Positions 44,298 through 53,810 of a stretch of DNA of 58,057 bases are shown here, piece by piece (within the stretch, counting starts at the first letter, position 1; each line of letters opens with the position of its first letter). The translations under genes and the position numbers were made by a program. The notes beneath the pieces were generated by a model. That model had not been told where the DNA came from. It was given only the letters and a program-made list of their open reading frames with translations, and ran no database searches. The DNA is from Propionibacteriales bacterium (lineage in GTDB: Bacteria; Actinomycetota; Actinomycetes; Propionibacteriales; Nocardioidaceae), in NCBI GenBank assembly GCA_038214475.1, contig JBBQRV010000001.1:1-58057 (forward strand). Direction: 5' to 3'.

Positions 44298-45460
44298 GAG
44301 CGGGCCTCCTCAAAGCTCTCGAGGTACGCCGCGAAGCCGTCGCGCTGCTGGGCGAGCTCCTCGGGGACGTCGGCGTACACGTGGTCGAACATGCTCATCG
44401 GGCTCGGGTCGGGCAGCGCCTTGCACCCCTCGCGCAGGTGGTGGCCGAGCTGGTCGGCCTCCTCCTGCACGCCGTCGAAGAAGGCATCGTCGGCGAGTCC
44501 GTTGCGGCGCAGGTAGACCTTCACCCGGGCGATGGGGTCCTTGAGCTTCCAGTGCTCGACGTCGTCGCTGAGCCGGTAGCGGGTGGGGTCGTCGGTGGTG
44601 GTGTGGGCACCCATCCGGTAGGTGTAGGCCTCCACCAGGGTCGGGCCCTGGCCGTCGCGGGCCCGCTGCAGGGCGGCCTGCATGACGGCGTACGTCGCGA
44701 GCACGTCGTTGCCGTCGACGCGGACGCCGGGGAAGCCGAAGCCGAGTGCGCGCTGGTAGAGCGGGATCCGGCTCTGGCGCTCGATCGGCTCCGAGATCGC
44801 CCACTGGTTGTTCTGGCAGAAGAACACCACGGGCGCGTTGTACGACGCCGCGAAGATGAAGGCCTCGTTGACGTCGCCCTGGCTGCTCGCGCCGTCACCG
44901 AAGTGCGCGATGACCGCGGTGTCGCGCTCGGGGTCGCCGGTGCCGACGGCGCCGTCGCGCTGGACGCCCATGGCGTAGCCGGTGGCGTGCAGCGCCTGGG
45001 CGCCGATCACGATCGTGTAGAGGCCGAAGTTGTTGTCCTTCGGGTCCCAGGCTCCCTGGTCGACACCGCGGAACAGGCCGAGCAGGTCGAGCGGGTCGAC
45101 GCCCTTGCAGTAGGCGACGCCGTGCTCGCGGTAGGTCGGGAAGACGTAGTCCTGCGGGCGCAGCGCGCGACCGGCGCCGATCTGTGCGGCCTCCTGGCCG
45201 AGCAGCTGGGCCCAGATGCCGAGCTCACCGTGCCGCTGCAGCGCGGTCGCCTCGGTGTCGATGCGCCGGGTCAGCACCATGTCGCGGTAGAACCCGCGGA
45301 TGGCCTCGGCCTCGTCGATGCCGGGATCGAAGGAGAACTTGGGGTGCTGGACGCGCTCGCCCTCAGGGGTGAGCAGCTGGACCAGCTCCGGTCCGCCGTC
45401 CTGCTGGGAGGGACCGAAGACCTCGACGAGGTCGGGTCCGAAGTCGGACTGATGACTCAC
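44294..45460 (-). CDS. pdhA: Pyruvate/branched-chain 2-oxoacid dehydrogenase E1 alpha subunit
   Basis: GQEAAQ, FGDGASSQGD..NNQWAIS TPP motif, YRMGAHTTTDDP; AAGGAG RBS before GTG 45460. Substrate (pdh vs bkd) not resolvable. Confidence 0.92.
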   Translation of the reverse strand: MSHQSDFGPDLVEVFGPSQQDGGPELVQLLTPEGERVQHPKFSFDPGIDEAEAIRGFYRDMVLTRRIDTEATALQRHGELGIWAQLLGQEAAQIGAGRALRPQDYVFPTYREHGVAYCKGVDPLDLLGLFRGVDQGAWDPKDNNFGLYTIVIGAQALHATGYAMGVQRDGAVGTGDPERDTAVIAHFGDGASSQGDVNEAFIFAASYNAPVVFFCQNNQWAISEPIERQSRIPLYQRALGFGFPGVRVDGNDVLATYAVMQAALQRARDGQGPTLVEAYTYRMGAHTTTDDPTRYRLSDDVEHWKLKDPIARVKVYLRRNGLADDAFFDGVQEEADQLGHHLREGCKALPDPSPMSMFDHVYADVPEELAQQRDGFAAYLESFEEARS

Positions 45461-45671
45461 CTGGACTCCTTCGTGTCGCCCGGGGTGCGGGGTCACCGCG
45501 GTTCCGGGAGGGAACGGGTCGCGGCCGTCGACGTGGGGGTGGTACGTCGGCTGGCCGCCGGGGGTGCGAGGCGTCGTACCGGTGTGAGCCGGACCACAGC
45601 GCCTCGCTCGGGCCAACGTACCCGGACGGGTGGCCGGCTCGCCAATCCGGTGGCTGGCTAGGGTCACCACC

Positions 45672-46139
45672 ATGACCACCCGCATCGTCTCGGCCTCCAC
45701 GACCGTCTCCGCTCCGCCCGAGGTGGTCTTCGCGATCCTCTCCGACCCCCGCCAGCACCAGCGGATCGACGGGTCGGGCTCCCTGCGTGGCAACGTCACC
45801 GGCCCCGAGCGGCTGTCGCGGGGCGCCGACTTCGGCATGGACATGAAGATGTACGGGCTGCCCTACAAGATCCGCAACCGGGTCGTGGAGTTCGAGGAGG
45901 GCAGTCAGATCGCATGGCGCCACTTCGGCGGCCACCGCTGGCGCTACCAGCTCGAGCCGGCCGACGGCGGCACCCGGGTCACCGAGTCGTTCGACTACTC
46001 GATGTACCCGGCGCTCGGCGCGTTCGTGATCGAGCGGGCCGGGTTCCCCGCGAAGAACCGGCGCGGGATCGAGGAGACCCTGGTGCGGCTCAAGGCCGCG
46101 GCCGAGGCGGACGCCGCTGCGGCTGCCACTGCCGACTAG
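45672..46139 (+). CDS. SRPBCC (polyketide cyclase-like) family protein
   Basis: APPEVVFAILSDP..IDGSG, WRYQLEP..GTRVTESFD; TAGGGT -10 upstream. Confidence 0.88.
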   Translation: MTTRIVSASTTVSAPPEVVFAILSDPRQHQRIDGSGSLRGNVTGPERLSRGADFGMDMKMYGLPYKIRNRVVEFEEGSQIAWRHFGGHRWRYQLEPADGGTRVTESFDYSMYPALGAFVIERAGFPAKNRRGIEETLVRLKAAAEADAAAAATAD

Positions 46140-46171
46140 CACGTGCACGCTAGTGCAGGATCGGCGACCCG

Positions 46172-47086
46172 TCAGTGCGCGTCGCCGAGATCCTCGTGCG
46201 CGCGGTGGCTCTCGGGCTCGACCTGGAAGGTCGCGTGCCGCACGTCGAAGTGCTCGGCCGTGCAGCCCGCCAGCCGGTCCAGCACCGCGCCCACCCCGTG
46301 CTCGTCCAGCGCCGCGTCGGTCACCGTCACGTGCGCGGACAGGCTGGGCAGGCCGCTGGTGATGGTCCAGGCGTGCAGGTCGTGCACGTCCGTCACGCCG
46401 GGCATCTCCAGCAGGTGGCGTCGTACGTCGTCGAGGTCGAGGTGCGCGGGAGCCGCCTCGAGCAGCACCGCGGCCGAGTCCCGGAGCAGCGCCCACGCCC
46501 GCGGCAGGATCAGCGCCGCGATCAACAGCGAGGCGATCGGGTCGGCCCGCTGGAAGCCCGTCGTCCAGATCACCACACCGGCGAGCACCGCGAGCACCGA
46601 GCCCACCAGGTCGGCGAACACCTCGGTCGCTGCCCCCCGCAGGTTCAGCGAGCCCGTGTCGGAGCGGTTCAGCACCGCCAGCGAAGCGCCGTTGGCCACC
46701 AGGCCGACCAGGGCGAACGCCACCATCGGGCCGGCGTCGACAGTGCCTGGCTCGGCCAGCCGCCGGAACCCGGCCACGGCCAGGAAGACGCAGACCCCGA
46801 GCAGGACCAGCGCGTTGAGGGCCGCGGCCAGGATCTCGGCACGGTGCCAGCCGAACGTCGAGCGGTCGGTGGCCGGCCTGGAGGCGAGGTACGACGCCGC
46901 CAGGGCCAGCACGATCGCGCCCGCGTCCGTGGCCAGGTGGCCGGCGTCGGCGAGCAGCGCCAGCGAGCCGGCGACGTAGGCACCGACCAGCTCGACCGCG
47001 AGCACCACGGCAGTCACCAGCAGCACCCAGCGCAGCCGCCCGCGGTCCTGCGAGCGGCCCTGCGCGTGCGAGTGGCTGTGACCCAT
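46172..47086 (-). CDS. Cation diffusion facilitator (CzcD/ZitB-like)
   Basis: MGHSHSH, SLALLADAGH, TFGWHRAEILAA, VHDLHAWTIT, HATFQVE. Confidence 0.93.
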   Translation of the reverse strand: MGHSHSHAQGRSQDRGRLRWVLLVTAVVLAVELVGAYVAGSLALLADAGHLATDAGAIVLALAASYLASRPATDRSTFGWHRAEILAAALNALVLLGVCVFLAVAGFRRLAEPGTVDAGPMVAFALVGLVANGASLAVLNRSDTGSLNLRGAATEVFADLVGSVLAVLAGVVIWTTGFQRADPIASLLIAALILPRAWALLRDSAAVLLEAAPAHLDLDDVRRHLLEMPGVTDVHDLHAWTITSGLPSLSAHVTVTDAALDEHGVGAVLDRLAGCTAEHFDVRHATFQVEPESHRAHEDLGDAH

Positions 47087-47171
47087 GGTCCTCAGCCTAG
47101 GAGCCCCCGGCCGTGCGGGGTCAGCCACACCCCCCGGGTCCGGCCCTGCTCGACGTACGCCGGTGCGTCGC

Positions 47172-48164
47172 TCACCCGGTGCCCCGCACCAGCTCGGCCA
47201 CGAACTCGAGCTTGTCGAGGACCGGCTCGGGGATCACGAACGGATAGAGGTCGTCCTTGCCCATGCTCCGGTTGATCTGGTTGAGCGCCACCGACAACGG
47301 CACCCAGACCCCGACCACCAGGTCCCGGAACGAGGTGAACGAGGCCACCGGCCCGACCGTGCTCAGCCCCTGCTCCGAGGCGGTGTCGACGGTGTCGCAG
47401 ATGTGCAGGAAGTGCGCCCAGGTCTCCGCGAAGTCCTCGAACGGGTGCATGGTCGCGTAGGTGCTGAGGTACGACGCGCTCCAGTCGTCCGGCGGCCCGT
47501 CGGCGTAGTGCCGGTCGATCGCGGCCTGGTAGTCGGCCGACTCGTCACCGAAGAGCTCCCGGCACCGGGCCTGTCGCTCCTCCCCGCGCACCAGCTGCCA
47601 CTCGTAGTAGTGCCCGATCTCGTGCCGGAAGTGCCCGAGCATGGTCCGGTAGGGCTCGTCGAGCCGGGCCCGGACCTGCTCGCGGTGGGCGTCGTCGCTC
47701 TCGGCGAGGTCGATGGTGATCACGCCGTCGGCGTGCCCGATCGTGACGTCCTGCGCGACGCTCGACAGGAGGTCGAACGCCAGCCCGTCGACCGGGTCGA
47801 CGTCCTTGCCCACCACGGTCAGCCCGAGCGCGTCGAGCTCGGCCACCAGGTGTCGCTTCGCCTCCTCCGCGACGCGGTACTCCGCCAGGCCCACGGCGTC
47901 GTCGTCGCGCGGACGGGTGCGGGTCAGTGCGCAGCTCGCGCACCAGCCCCCCGGCTCGGCAGCCAGCCAGGTGCAGCCGGCCAGCCGGTGGTTGGCGCAG
48001 CGGTGCCAGGCCCGGCCGGTGGCGTCCACGTAGCGGCCCTCCGCGTCGACCGGGACGATGGCCCGCTCGTCGCGTGAGTAGCCCAGGGCGCTGCCACAGG
48101 AGACGCACGCGGAGTTCTCGAAGTACAGGTCGTGGTCGCACACCCGGCAGCGGTAGGCCTTCAC
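47172..48164 (-). CDS. Zinc-ribbon plus putative zinc-binding metallopeptidase (DUF2248-type)
   Basis: CRVC..FENSACVSC, EPYRTMLGHFRHEIGHYY, YATMHPFEDFAETWAH. Confidence 0.88.
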   Translation of the reverse strand: MKAYRCRVCDHDLYFENSACVSCGSALGYSRDERAIVPVDAEGRYVDATGRAWHRCANHRLAGCTWLAAEPGGWCASCALTRTRPRDDDAVGLAEYRVAEEAKRHLVAELDALGLTVVGKDVDPVDGLAFDLLSSVAQDVTIGHADGVITIDLAESDDAHREQVRARLDEPYRTMLGHFRHEIGHYYEWQLVRGEERQARCRELFGDESADYQAAIDRHYADGPPDDWSASYLSTYATMHPFEDFAETWAHFLHICDTVDTASEQGLSTVGPVASFTSFRDLVVGVWVPLSVALNQINRSMGKDDLYPFVIPEPVLDKLEFVAELVRGTG

Positions 48165-48236
48165 CGGGCGAGCCTCGCACAGCGGGTACGCCGGCTCCTC
48201 ACCCACCGGGGTGAGGCAACGGGCTCCAGACATTCC

Positions 48237-48277
48237 GCAAAGATTTGTTTGCAAATGATTCGCTGCGGTTCTACCGT
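48237..48277 (+). promoter_or_regulatory. Promoter with GCAAA-N6-TTTGC operator for the ArsR-like/MFS operon
   Basis: GCAAAGATTTGTTTGC 48237-48252 overlaps TTGCAA(48249)-N17-TACCGT(48272), 6 nt before ATG. Confidence 0.65.
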
Positions 48278-48283
48278 GGCCTC

Positions 48284-48859
48284 ATGGACGTCACGTCGAT
48301 CACCCCGTCCCCGCACCAGCTGAAGGCACTCACCCACCCGGTCCGGCTGCGGATGCTCGGCCTGTTGCGCGCCGAGGGCCCGGCCACGTCCACCACGCTG
48401 GCGGCCCGACTCGGCCTCAACACCGGTGCCACGTCGTACCACCTGCGCCAGCTTGCCCAGCACGGCTTCGTCGAGGACGACAGCGAGCGCGGGAACGGCC
48501 GCGACCGGTGGTGGCGGGCGGCGCACCAGAGCACCGTGACCGAGCTCGACCCGGCCCCGGACGCCGCCAGCCACGAGACCGTCGACGCCTACCTCCAGGC
48601 CGTGGCCGTGGTGATGACCGAGCACCTGCAGCGGGCGGTGGAGGAGCGTCCACTGCTCCCCGACCCGTGGCGCGACGCCTCGACGTTCAGCGACTGGGCG
48701 GTCCGGCTCACACCGACTCGGGCCGCCGCACTGGTGCGCCTGCTCGAGCAGACCATGGGCGAGCAGGAGGACGTCGACGATCCCGGAGCGGTCGACTTCG
48801 TGGTGCAGGTCAGTGCGTTCCCGCGGCCCGGATCGGTCCCGGTGGAGCCTCCCGCATGA
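48284..48859 (+). CDS. ArsR-like winged-helix regulator
   Basis: LKALTHPVRLRML..GPATSTTLA..SYHLRQLAQHGFV..RDRWWRA. Confidence 0.9.
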   Translation: MDVTSITPSPHQLKALTHPVRLRMLGLLRAEGPATSTTLAARLGLNTGATSYHLRQLAQHGFVEDDSERGNGRDRWWRAAHQSTVTELDPAPDAASHETVDAYLQAVAVVMTEHLQRAVEERPLLPDPWRDASTFSDWAVRLTPTRAAALVRLLEQTMGEQEDVDDPGAVDFVVQVSAFPRPGSVPVEPPA

Positions 48860-50145
48860 GCCGGCGACGCCCCCTGCACGGCTGGCTCACCGCCGAGGCG
48901 ATCTCGCTGATGGGCACCCGCGTGTCGATGATCGCGATCCCGCTCTACGTGCTCGGCTCCACCGGCAGCGCGGCCAGGACCGGGCTGGCGGCCTTCGCCG
49001 AGATGCTGCCGCTGGTGCTCTTCAAGGTCCTCGGCGGACCGGTGATCGCCCGCGTCGGTGCCCGACGGATCGCGATCGGCTGCGACGTCGCCTCGGTCGC
49101 CGTGGTCGGCTCGATCCCGCTGCTGCACGAGGCCGGCCTGCTCTCCTTCCCCGCGTTCCTCGGGCTGGTCGCCCTGGCCGGGTCGTTGCGTGGTCCCGGC
49201 GACGGTGCCAAGCAGGCGCTGGTGCCGCAGCTGGTCGCGACGGCGGGCGTGCCCATGGAGCGTGCGACCGGCCTGCACTCGACCGTGGAGCGCACCGCGT
49301 CGATGCTCGGGGCGGGGCTCGCAGGTCTGCTCGTGGCTGCGGTCGGCGCGGCCGACGCCCTGCTGCTCGACGCTGCCAGCTTCGGGCTGTCGGCGGCTGT
49401 GCTGGCCTGGGCCACCGTGCCCCTGTCGGACGCACGCCAGGAGACAGCGTCCGGGGACCGGGACGGGTCCTCCGATCCGGCCACCGGCGGCTACCGGGCC
49501 CAGCTCCGGGAGGGCTTCGCGTTCCTGCGCCGCGACCGCGACCGCGTGCTGTTCGCGATCACGGCGATGGTGGCCCTCACCAACCTGCTCGACGCGGCGT
49601 ACGTGACGGTGCTGGTGCCGGTGTGGGCGGTCGACTCGGGTGGTGGTGCGGCCGCGGTCGGACTGCTGCTCGCGGTGTTCAGCGGAGCCGCCGCGCTGGG
49701 CGCGCTGGGCGCGGCCTCGTGGGCGACCCGGCTGCCCCGCTACCGCACCTACCTGGTGGCGTTCCTGGTCGCGGGCGCTCCGCGGTTCGTGGTGCTCGCC
49801 CTCGACTCCTCCCTGGCAGCGGTGCTCGGGGTCGCGGTCGCCGCCGGCTTCTCGGCGGGGTTCATCAACCCGGTCCTCGGGGCGGTCGTCTTCGAACGGA
49901 TCCCGGCACCGCTGGTCGGCCGGGTCAGCTCGCTGACCACCGCGCTGTGCTACGCCCTGATCCCCCTGGGCGGCCTGCTCGGGGGCGGACTGGTCAGCGG
50001 CTTCGGGCTCTCCGCCGGCCTGCTGGTGGTCGGCGCGGCGTACTTCGTGGTGACCATGCTGCCCGCGGTCGATCCCGCCTGGCGCGAGCTCGACACGCGT
50101 ACCGCGCTGCACCCGGGCACTGCGGCGTCGCAGGCCACACCCTGA
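48856..50145 (+). CDS. MFS transporter (H+ antiporter/macrolide-efflux type)
   Basis: ATGA overlap; about 12 TM; AEAISLMGTRVSMIAIP, ERIPAPLVGRV. Confidence 0.9.
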   Translation: MSRRRPLHGWLTAEAISLMGTRVSMIAIPLYVLGSTGSAARTGLAAFAEMLPLVLFKVLGGPVIARVGARRIAIGCDVASVAVVGSIPLLHEAGLLSFPAFLGLVALAGSLRGPGDGAKQALVPQLVATAGVPMERATGLHSTVERTASMLGAGLAGLLVAAVGAADALLLDAASFGLSAAVLAWATVPLSDARQETASGDRDGSSDPATGGYRAQLREGFAFLRRDRDRVLFAITAMVALTNLLDAAYVTVLVPVWAVDSGGGAAAVGLLLAVFSGAAALGALGAASWATRLPRYRTYLVAFLVAGAPRFVVLALDSSLAAVLGVAVAAGFSAGFINPVLGAVVFERIPAPLVGRVSSLTTALCYALIPLGGLLGGGLVSGFGLSAGLLVVGAAYFVVTMLPAVDPAWRELDTRTALHPGTAASQATP

Positions 50146-50149
50146 GGCC

Positions 50150-51217
50150 TCAGCGGAACACGCGGGCGACCTCGAGCAGCCGGGTGTTGGCCTCCGGCTC
50201 GCCGATCGACACCCGGGCACCCTCACCCGCGAACGGACGCACGACCACGCCGGCGGCATCGCACACCGCGGCGAACTCGGCGGTGCGCTGCCCCAGCCCC
50301 AGCCAGACGAAGTTGCCCTGGGCGTCAGGGACGTCCCAGCCCGCGCCGAGCAGTCCGGACCGGACGCGGGCGCGCTCCTCGACCAGAGCATCGACCCGGG
50401 TGAGCAGCTCCGGCTCCGCCGCGAGCGAGGCGACGGCGGCGACCTGCGCCACCGCGGAGACCCCGAACGGCAGCGAGACCGCGCGCAGCGCGCCGGCGAT
50501 CGGCGCGGGGGCGATCGCGTAGCCGACCCGGAAGCCGGCCAGCCCGTAGGCCTTGGAGAAGGTGCGGGTGACCACCACGTTGTCGCGCGCGGTGCAGGTG
50601 GCGACCCCGTCGACGGCATCGTCCATCCGCACGAACTCGAGATAGGCCTCGTCGACGACCACCAGCACCCGCGACGGGACCTTCGCCAGGAACGCGTCGA
50701 GGGCGGCCTGGGTCACCGCAGGGCCGGTGGGGTTGTTGGGGGTGCACACGATGACGACCCGGGTGCGGTCGGTGACGGCCGCCGCCATCGTGTCGAGATC
50801 GTGCTCGCCCGACTCCGTGACGGGCACCTGCACCGACACCGCGGCGCTTGCGGTGACCGCGATCGGGTAGGCCTCGAAGGAGCGCCAGGCATAGACGACC
50901 TCGTCGCCGGGATCGCAGAAGGCCTGGAGCAGCTGGTAGATCAGCGCCACCGAGCCGGTCGCGCAGGCCAGGTGGTCGATGGGCACGCCCAGTCGCTGCG
51001 ACAGGGCGGCGTACAGCGCCGCGGCGCCCATGTCGGGGTAGCGGTTCATCTGGGCGGCCGAAGCGGTCGCCGCCTCGAGGACGCCGGGCAGCGGCGGGTA
51101 GGGATTCTCGTTCGACGACAGCTTGTACGTCGTGAGTCCCGGGCGGGCGGTCGGCGGCTTCCCGGGCACGTAGGTGGGGATCCGCAGGACGTTCTCGCGG
51201 GGCTGGGGGCCGGTCAT
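50150..51217 (-). CDS. hisC: Histidinol-phosphate/aromatic aminotransferase (HisC/Pat)
   Basis: [40 protein letters not shown]. Standalone location favours the Pat (hisC2) type. Confidence 0.85.
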   Translation of the reverse strand: MTGPQPRENVLRIPTYVPGKPPTARPGLTTYKLSSNENPYPPLPGVLEAATASAAQMNRYPDMGAAALYAALSQRLGVPIDHLACATGSVALIYQLLQAFCDPGDEVVYAWRSFEAYPIAVTASAAVSVQVPVTESGEHDLDTMAAAVTDRTRVVIVCTPNNPTGPAVTQAALDAFLAKVPSRVLVVVDEAYLEFVRMDDAVDGVATCTARDNVVVTRTFSKAYGLAGFRVGYAIAPAPIAGALRAVSLPFGVSAVAQVAAVASLAAEPELLTRVDALVEERARVRSGLLGAGWDVPDAQGNFVWLGLGQRTAEFAAVCDAAGVVVRPFAGEGARVSIGEPEANTRLLEVARVFR

Positions 51218-51226
51218 GGCCACACC

Positions 51227-51790
51227 CTAGCCACGGACGTCCCGACGGTGTCGCCACGGTCGGAGCACCACCGCCAGCACCAGGCCGACCCCGAAACCCA
51301 GGGTCGCGCCGGTGACGTTGTCGACGACGTCGGTGACGTCGCAGGCCCGGTCGATGCGGGCCAGCTCGAGCTGGGTCCACTCGATGCCGACCGACAACCC
51401 GGAAAGCAGGAGCAGGCCGAGCGGCGCGAGCAGCCAGCCGCTGCGGCGACGGGCAGCCACCAGCACCAGCAGCGCTCCCGCGGGTGCGAAGAGCGCGGTG
51501 TTGAGCATCCGCTGCCCACCGTCGAAGATCCAGAACCCGCCGGGCGCCGGGCCCCCGAGATCCCAGGAGCACGAGGTCGAGCGGCCCTCGGCGGGCACCA
51601 CACCGGGTGCCCCCTGCGCCGGCACCAGGGTGACCAGCGCGATGACCACCAGCCACCACAGCAGTCCAGCCCAGGTCAGGGCGCCGAGCCAGCCGGTCCA
51701 GCGCTGCGCGAGGAGCGCGGCCAGCCCCAGCAGGACGCCCGCGGCGAGTGCGCCGGCGAGCATGACGCCCACCCCTCCGACCGGAACCAC
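51227..51790 (-). CDS. VanZ-like membrane protein
   Basis: LNTALFAPAG, SVGIEWTQ, RACDVTDVVDNVTGA. Confidence 0.85.
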   Translation of the reverse strand: MVPVGGVGVMLAGALAAGVLLGLAALLAQRWTGWLGALTWAGLLWWLVVIALVTLVPAQGAPGVVPAEGRSTSCSWDLGGPAPGGFWIFDGGQRMLNTALFAPAGALLVLVAARRRSGWLLAPLGLLLLSGLSVGIEWTQLELARIDRACDVTDVVDNVTGATLGFGVGLVLAVVLRPWRHRRDVRG

Positions 51791-51994
51791 CCTCCCGACG
51801 CTACCGGGCGATAGTGCATCCGGGTCATCGCGACCTTGGGGTCGGATCTGGGGCGAGCACCATTGCCCTGAGCGGCCGGGCGCAGCACCATGGGAGGAGC
51901 CGGGGGGCAGCGTCCGGCGCTACGTCGAGCACCCCGGGGGCAGACACGGCGGGTATCCTGCAGATGGCGGTTCAGCCGCCCCACAGAGGTAGGC

Positions 51995-52082
51995 GGCGCG
52001 TCCGGAGTCCTCCCCCCAGCCCCGGCACGGCGCGCCTGCCATGAGAAGAGACCGGCCCGACAGCCACGCTGCCGGGCCGGTC
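51995..52082 (+). ncRNA. Probable 6C RNA (two hairpins, C-rich loop)
   Basis: GGCGCG-TCCGG-AGTCCTCCCCCCAGC-CCCGGCACGG-CGCGCC, then GACCGGCCCGACAGC-CAC-GCTGCCGGGCCGGTC; intergenic; TATCCT -10-like at 51954. Confidence 0.6.
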
Positions 52083-52107
52083 GCCTTCGAGGCCCTCTCG
52101 CCCGGCG

Positions 52108-52983
52108 TCAGGCCAGGACCACCTCCGCGTTCCGCACCAGCGGCAGGTCACGACCGAGGGTGACGTCGACCGGGTTGGTCAGGCAGCGCACCGACCCGCC
52201 GCCCTTGTGGAACTCGCTGAGATCGACGAGCACGACGTCGAAGCCCCACACCTCCAGCTGCCGGCGCACCCGGTCAGGACAGGCCGGCATCACCACGGTG
52301 CGGCCCACGACGACGGAGTTGGCGCAGAAGGTCATCGCCTCCTCCTCGCTGAGCACCAGCGGCTCCGGCACCAGCGCGAGCAGCGCGGCGGCACTCTCCT
52401 CGTCGTACGCCGCGGGGCACACCATCGCGCGGGTCTCGTCGAGCGGGCAGAACGCCAGGTCCATGTGGTACATCCCGGGGTGCGCGATCCGGAAGCCGCG
52501 GACCCGCACGCCCAGCTCGTTCGCCAGCGCCTTGAGCGCGAGCTCCTCGGTGCGCGGGCCGTAGCCGACGACCAGCGCGTCGCCCCAGGCGAAGGCGTCC
52601 CCCGCCTCGAAGTGCGGACCCACGCCGTCGAGGCCGACGGTCGAGGCGGAGAACCCGTGGTCGGTGAACCACGGCCCGGCGGTCTCGCCCTCGTACCGGC
52701 GCTCGGGGTAGCGCATGTGACTCATCACCACGTGGGACCCGGCGGGTCGGACGACCGCCAGTCCGAGGTTCATCGCATAGACCATGTCGGGGGAGTCGGC
52801 GCGCTGACCGATCACGTCCACAGTGCCGCCGAGGCCCTCGAGGGTGGCCACCAGGTGGTTCCACTGGTCGTGCGCGCGAGCGGGATCGGGCTGCTCGTGC
52901 GGGTCCATGAAGGGGTTGATCACGTAGTCGATCCGGAAGTGGTCCGGACGCACCATCACGTAGTGCCTGCCCCAGTCGAGCAT
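52108..52983 (-). CDS. Dimethylargininase/amidinotransferase-family (pentein) protein
   Basis: YVINPFM, PDMVYAMN, FEAGD, YHMD, SEFHKGGGSVRCLT; GGAGG RBS. Confidence 0.9.
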   Translation of the reverse strand: MLDWGRHYVMVRPDHFRIDYVINPFMDPHEQPDPARAHDQWNHLVATLEGLGGTVDVIGQRADSPDMVYAMNLGLAVVRPAGSHVVMSHMRYPERRYEGETAGPWFTDHGFSASTVGLDGVGPHFEAGDAFAWGDALVVGYGPRTEELALKALANELGVRVRGFRIAHPGMYHMDLAFCPLDETRAMVCPAAYDEESAAALLALVPEPLVLSEEEAMTFCANSVVVGRTVVMPACPDRVRRQLEVWGFDVVLVDLSEFHKGGGSVRCLTNPVDVTLGRDLPLVRNAEVVLA

Positions 52984-53016
52984 TTCTCGCCTCCTCGCGC
53001 TGCCGCGGAATGTGAC

Positions 53017-53043
53017 TCGTCTGATTGTCGGACAATCAGACGA
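53017..53043. promoter_or_regulatory. Perfect 27-bp palindromic operator (GntR-type)
   Basis: TCGTCTGATTGTC-G-GACAATCAGACGA between the divergent amidinotransferase and GntR genes; partial second site TGGTCGACAAT at 53084-53094. Confidence 0.8.
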
Positions 53044-53100
53044 TTGCCCAGTGTACGGCTCGGTTCGCCTTCCACGCACGAACTGGTCGACAATGCACGG

Positions 53101-53790
53101 GTGGACGACCAGCACGGCTCGCCGTTCGAGCGGCTGAGCCTGGAGATCTCCTCGACCGTCGACCGGGTCGCGGGCGAGCTGCGTCGCGCGGTCTTCGACG
53201 GCGAGGTCGAGTCGGGCACGCCGCTGCGCGAGGTGGCCCTGGCCGAGTCGCTCGGCGTCTCCCGCTCCACCATCCGCGAGGCCCTCGGCCTCCTGGTGGC
53301 CGAGGGCATCGCCACCCGCTCGCCCAACCGCGGTGTCGCCGTCACCTCACCGCACCCCGACTCCATCCGGGACGTCTGCCGGGCCCGCCAGGTGCTCGAG
53401 GTCGAAGGGGTGCGCAGCTGGCCGACCGCTCCCGAGCCACGTCGCGACGCGCTCCGCTCGGCGCTGGTCAGCTACACCGCGGCCGTGCGCGACGGGGCGT
53501 CGTACCAGCAGCTCAACGCCGAGCACTTGGCCCTGCACCTGGCCCTGGTGGGCCTGGTCGACTCCCCACGGCTGCTCGCGATGGCGGAGAGCCTGTACGC
53601 CGAGCTGCGGCTCGCGCTGGCCCAGATCGACCGGATCCGCCGCAACGCCCATGACCAGGCCGGCAGCCACGGCCACCTCCTCCGGCTCCTCGAGCACGGC
53701 GACATCGAGGCCGCCGTGTCCGACATCGAGGAGCACCTCGCCGGCGCCGAGGTGGCCATCCTCGATGCCTTGCACCTGCCCCCCGACTGA
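53101..53790 (+). CDS. GntR-family regulator with FCD domain
   Basis: LREVALAESLGVSRSTIREAL..PNRGVAV; FCD His residues; leaderless GTG. Confidence 0.9.
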   Translation: MDDQHGSPFERLSLEISSTVDRVAGELRRAVFDGEVESGTPLREVALAESLGVSRSTIREALGLLVAEGIATRSPNRGVAVTSPHPDSIRDVCRARQVLEVEGVRSWPTAPEPRRDALRSALVSYTAAVRDGASYQQLNAEHLALHLALVGLVDSPRLLAMAESLYAELRLALAQIDRIRRNAHDQAGSHGHLLRLLEHGDIEAAVSDIEEHLAGAEVAILDALHLPPD

Positions 53791-53810
53791 GCAGGGCCTA
53801 GTCTGGCCCC

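Noticed and set aside
51227-51790. Glycopeptide resistance locus
   Set aside because: VanZ-like domain only; no vanHAX/vanRS.
51964-52044. 26-aa ORF across the 6C-like hairpin
   Set aside because: Poor GC3 bias, no SD, and better explained as structured RNA.
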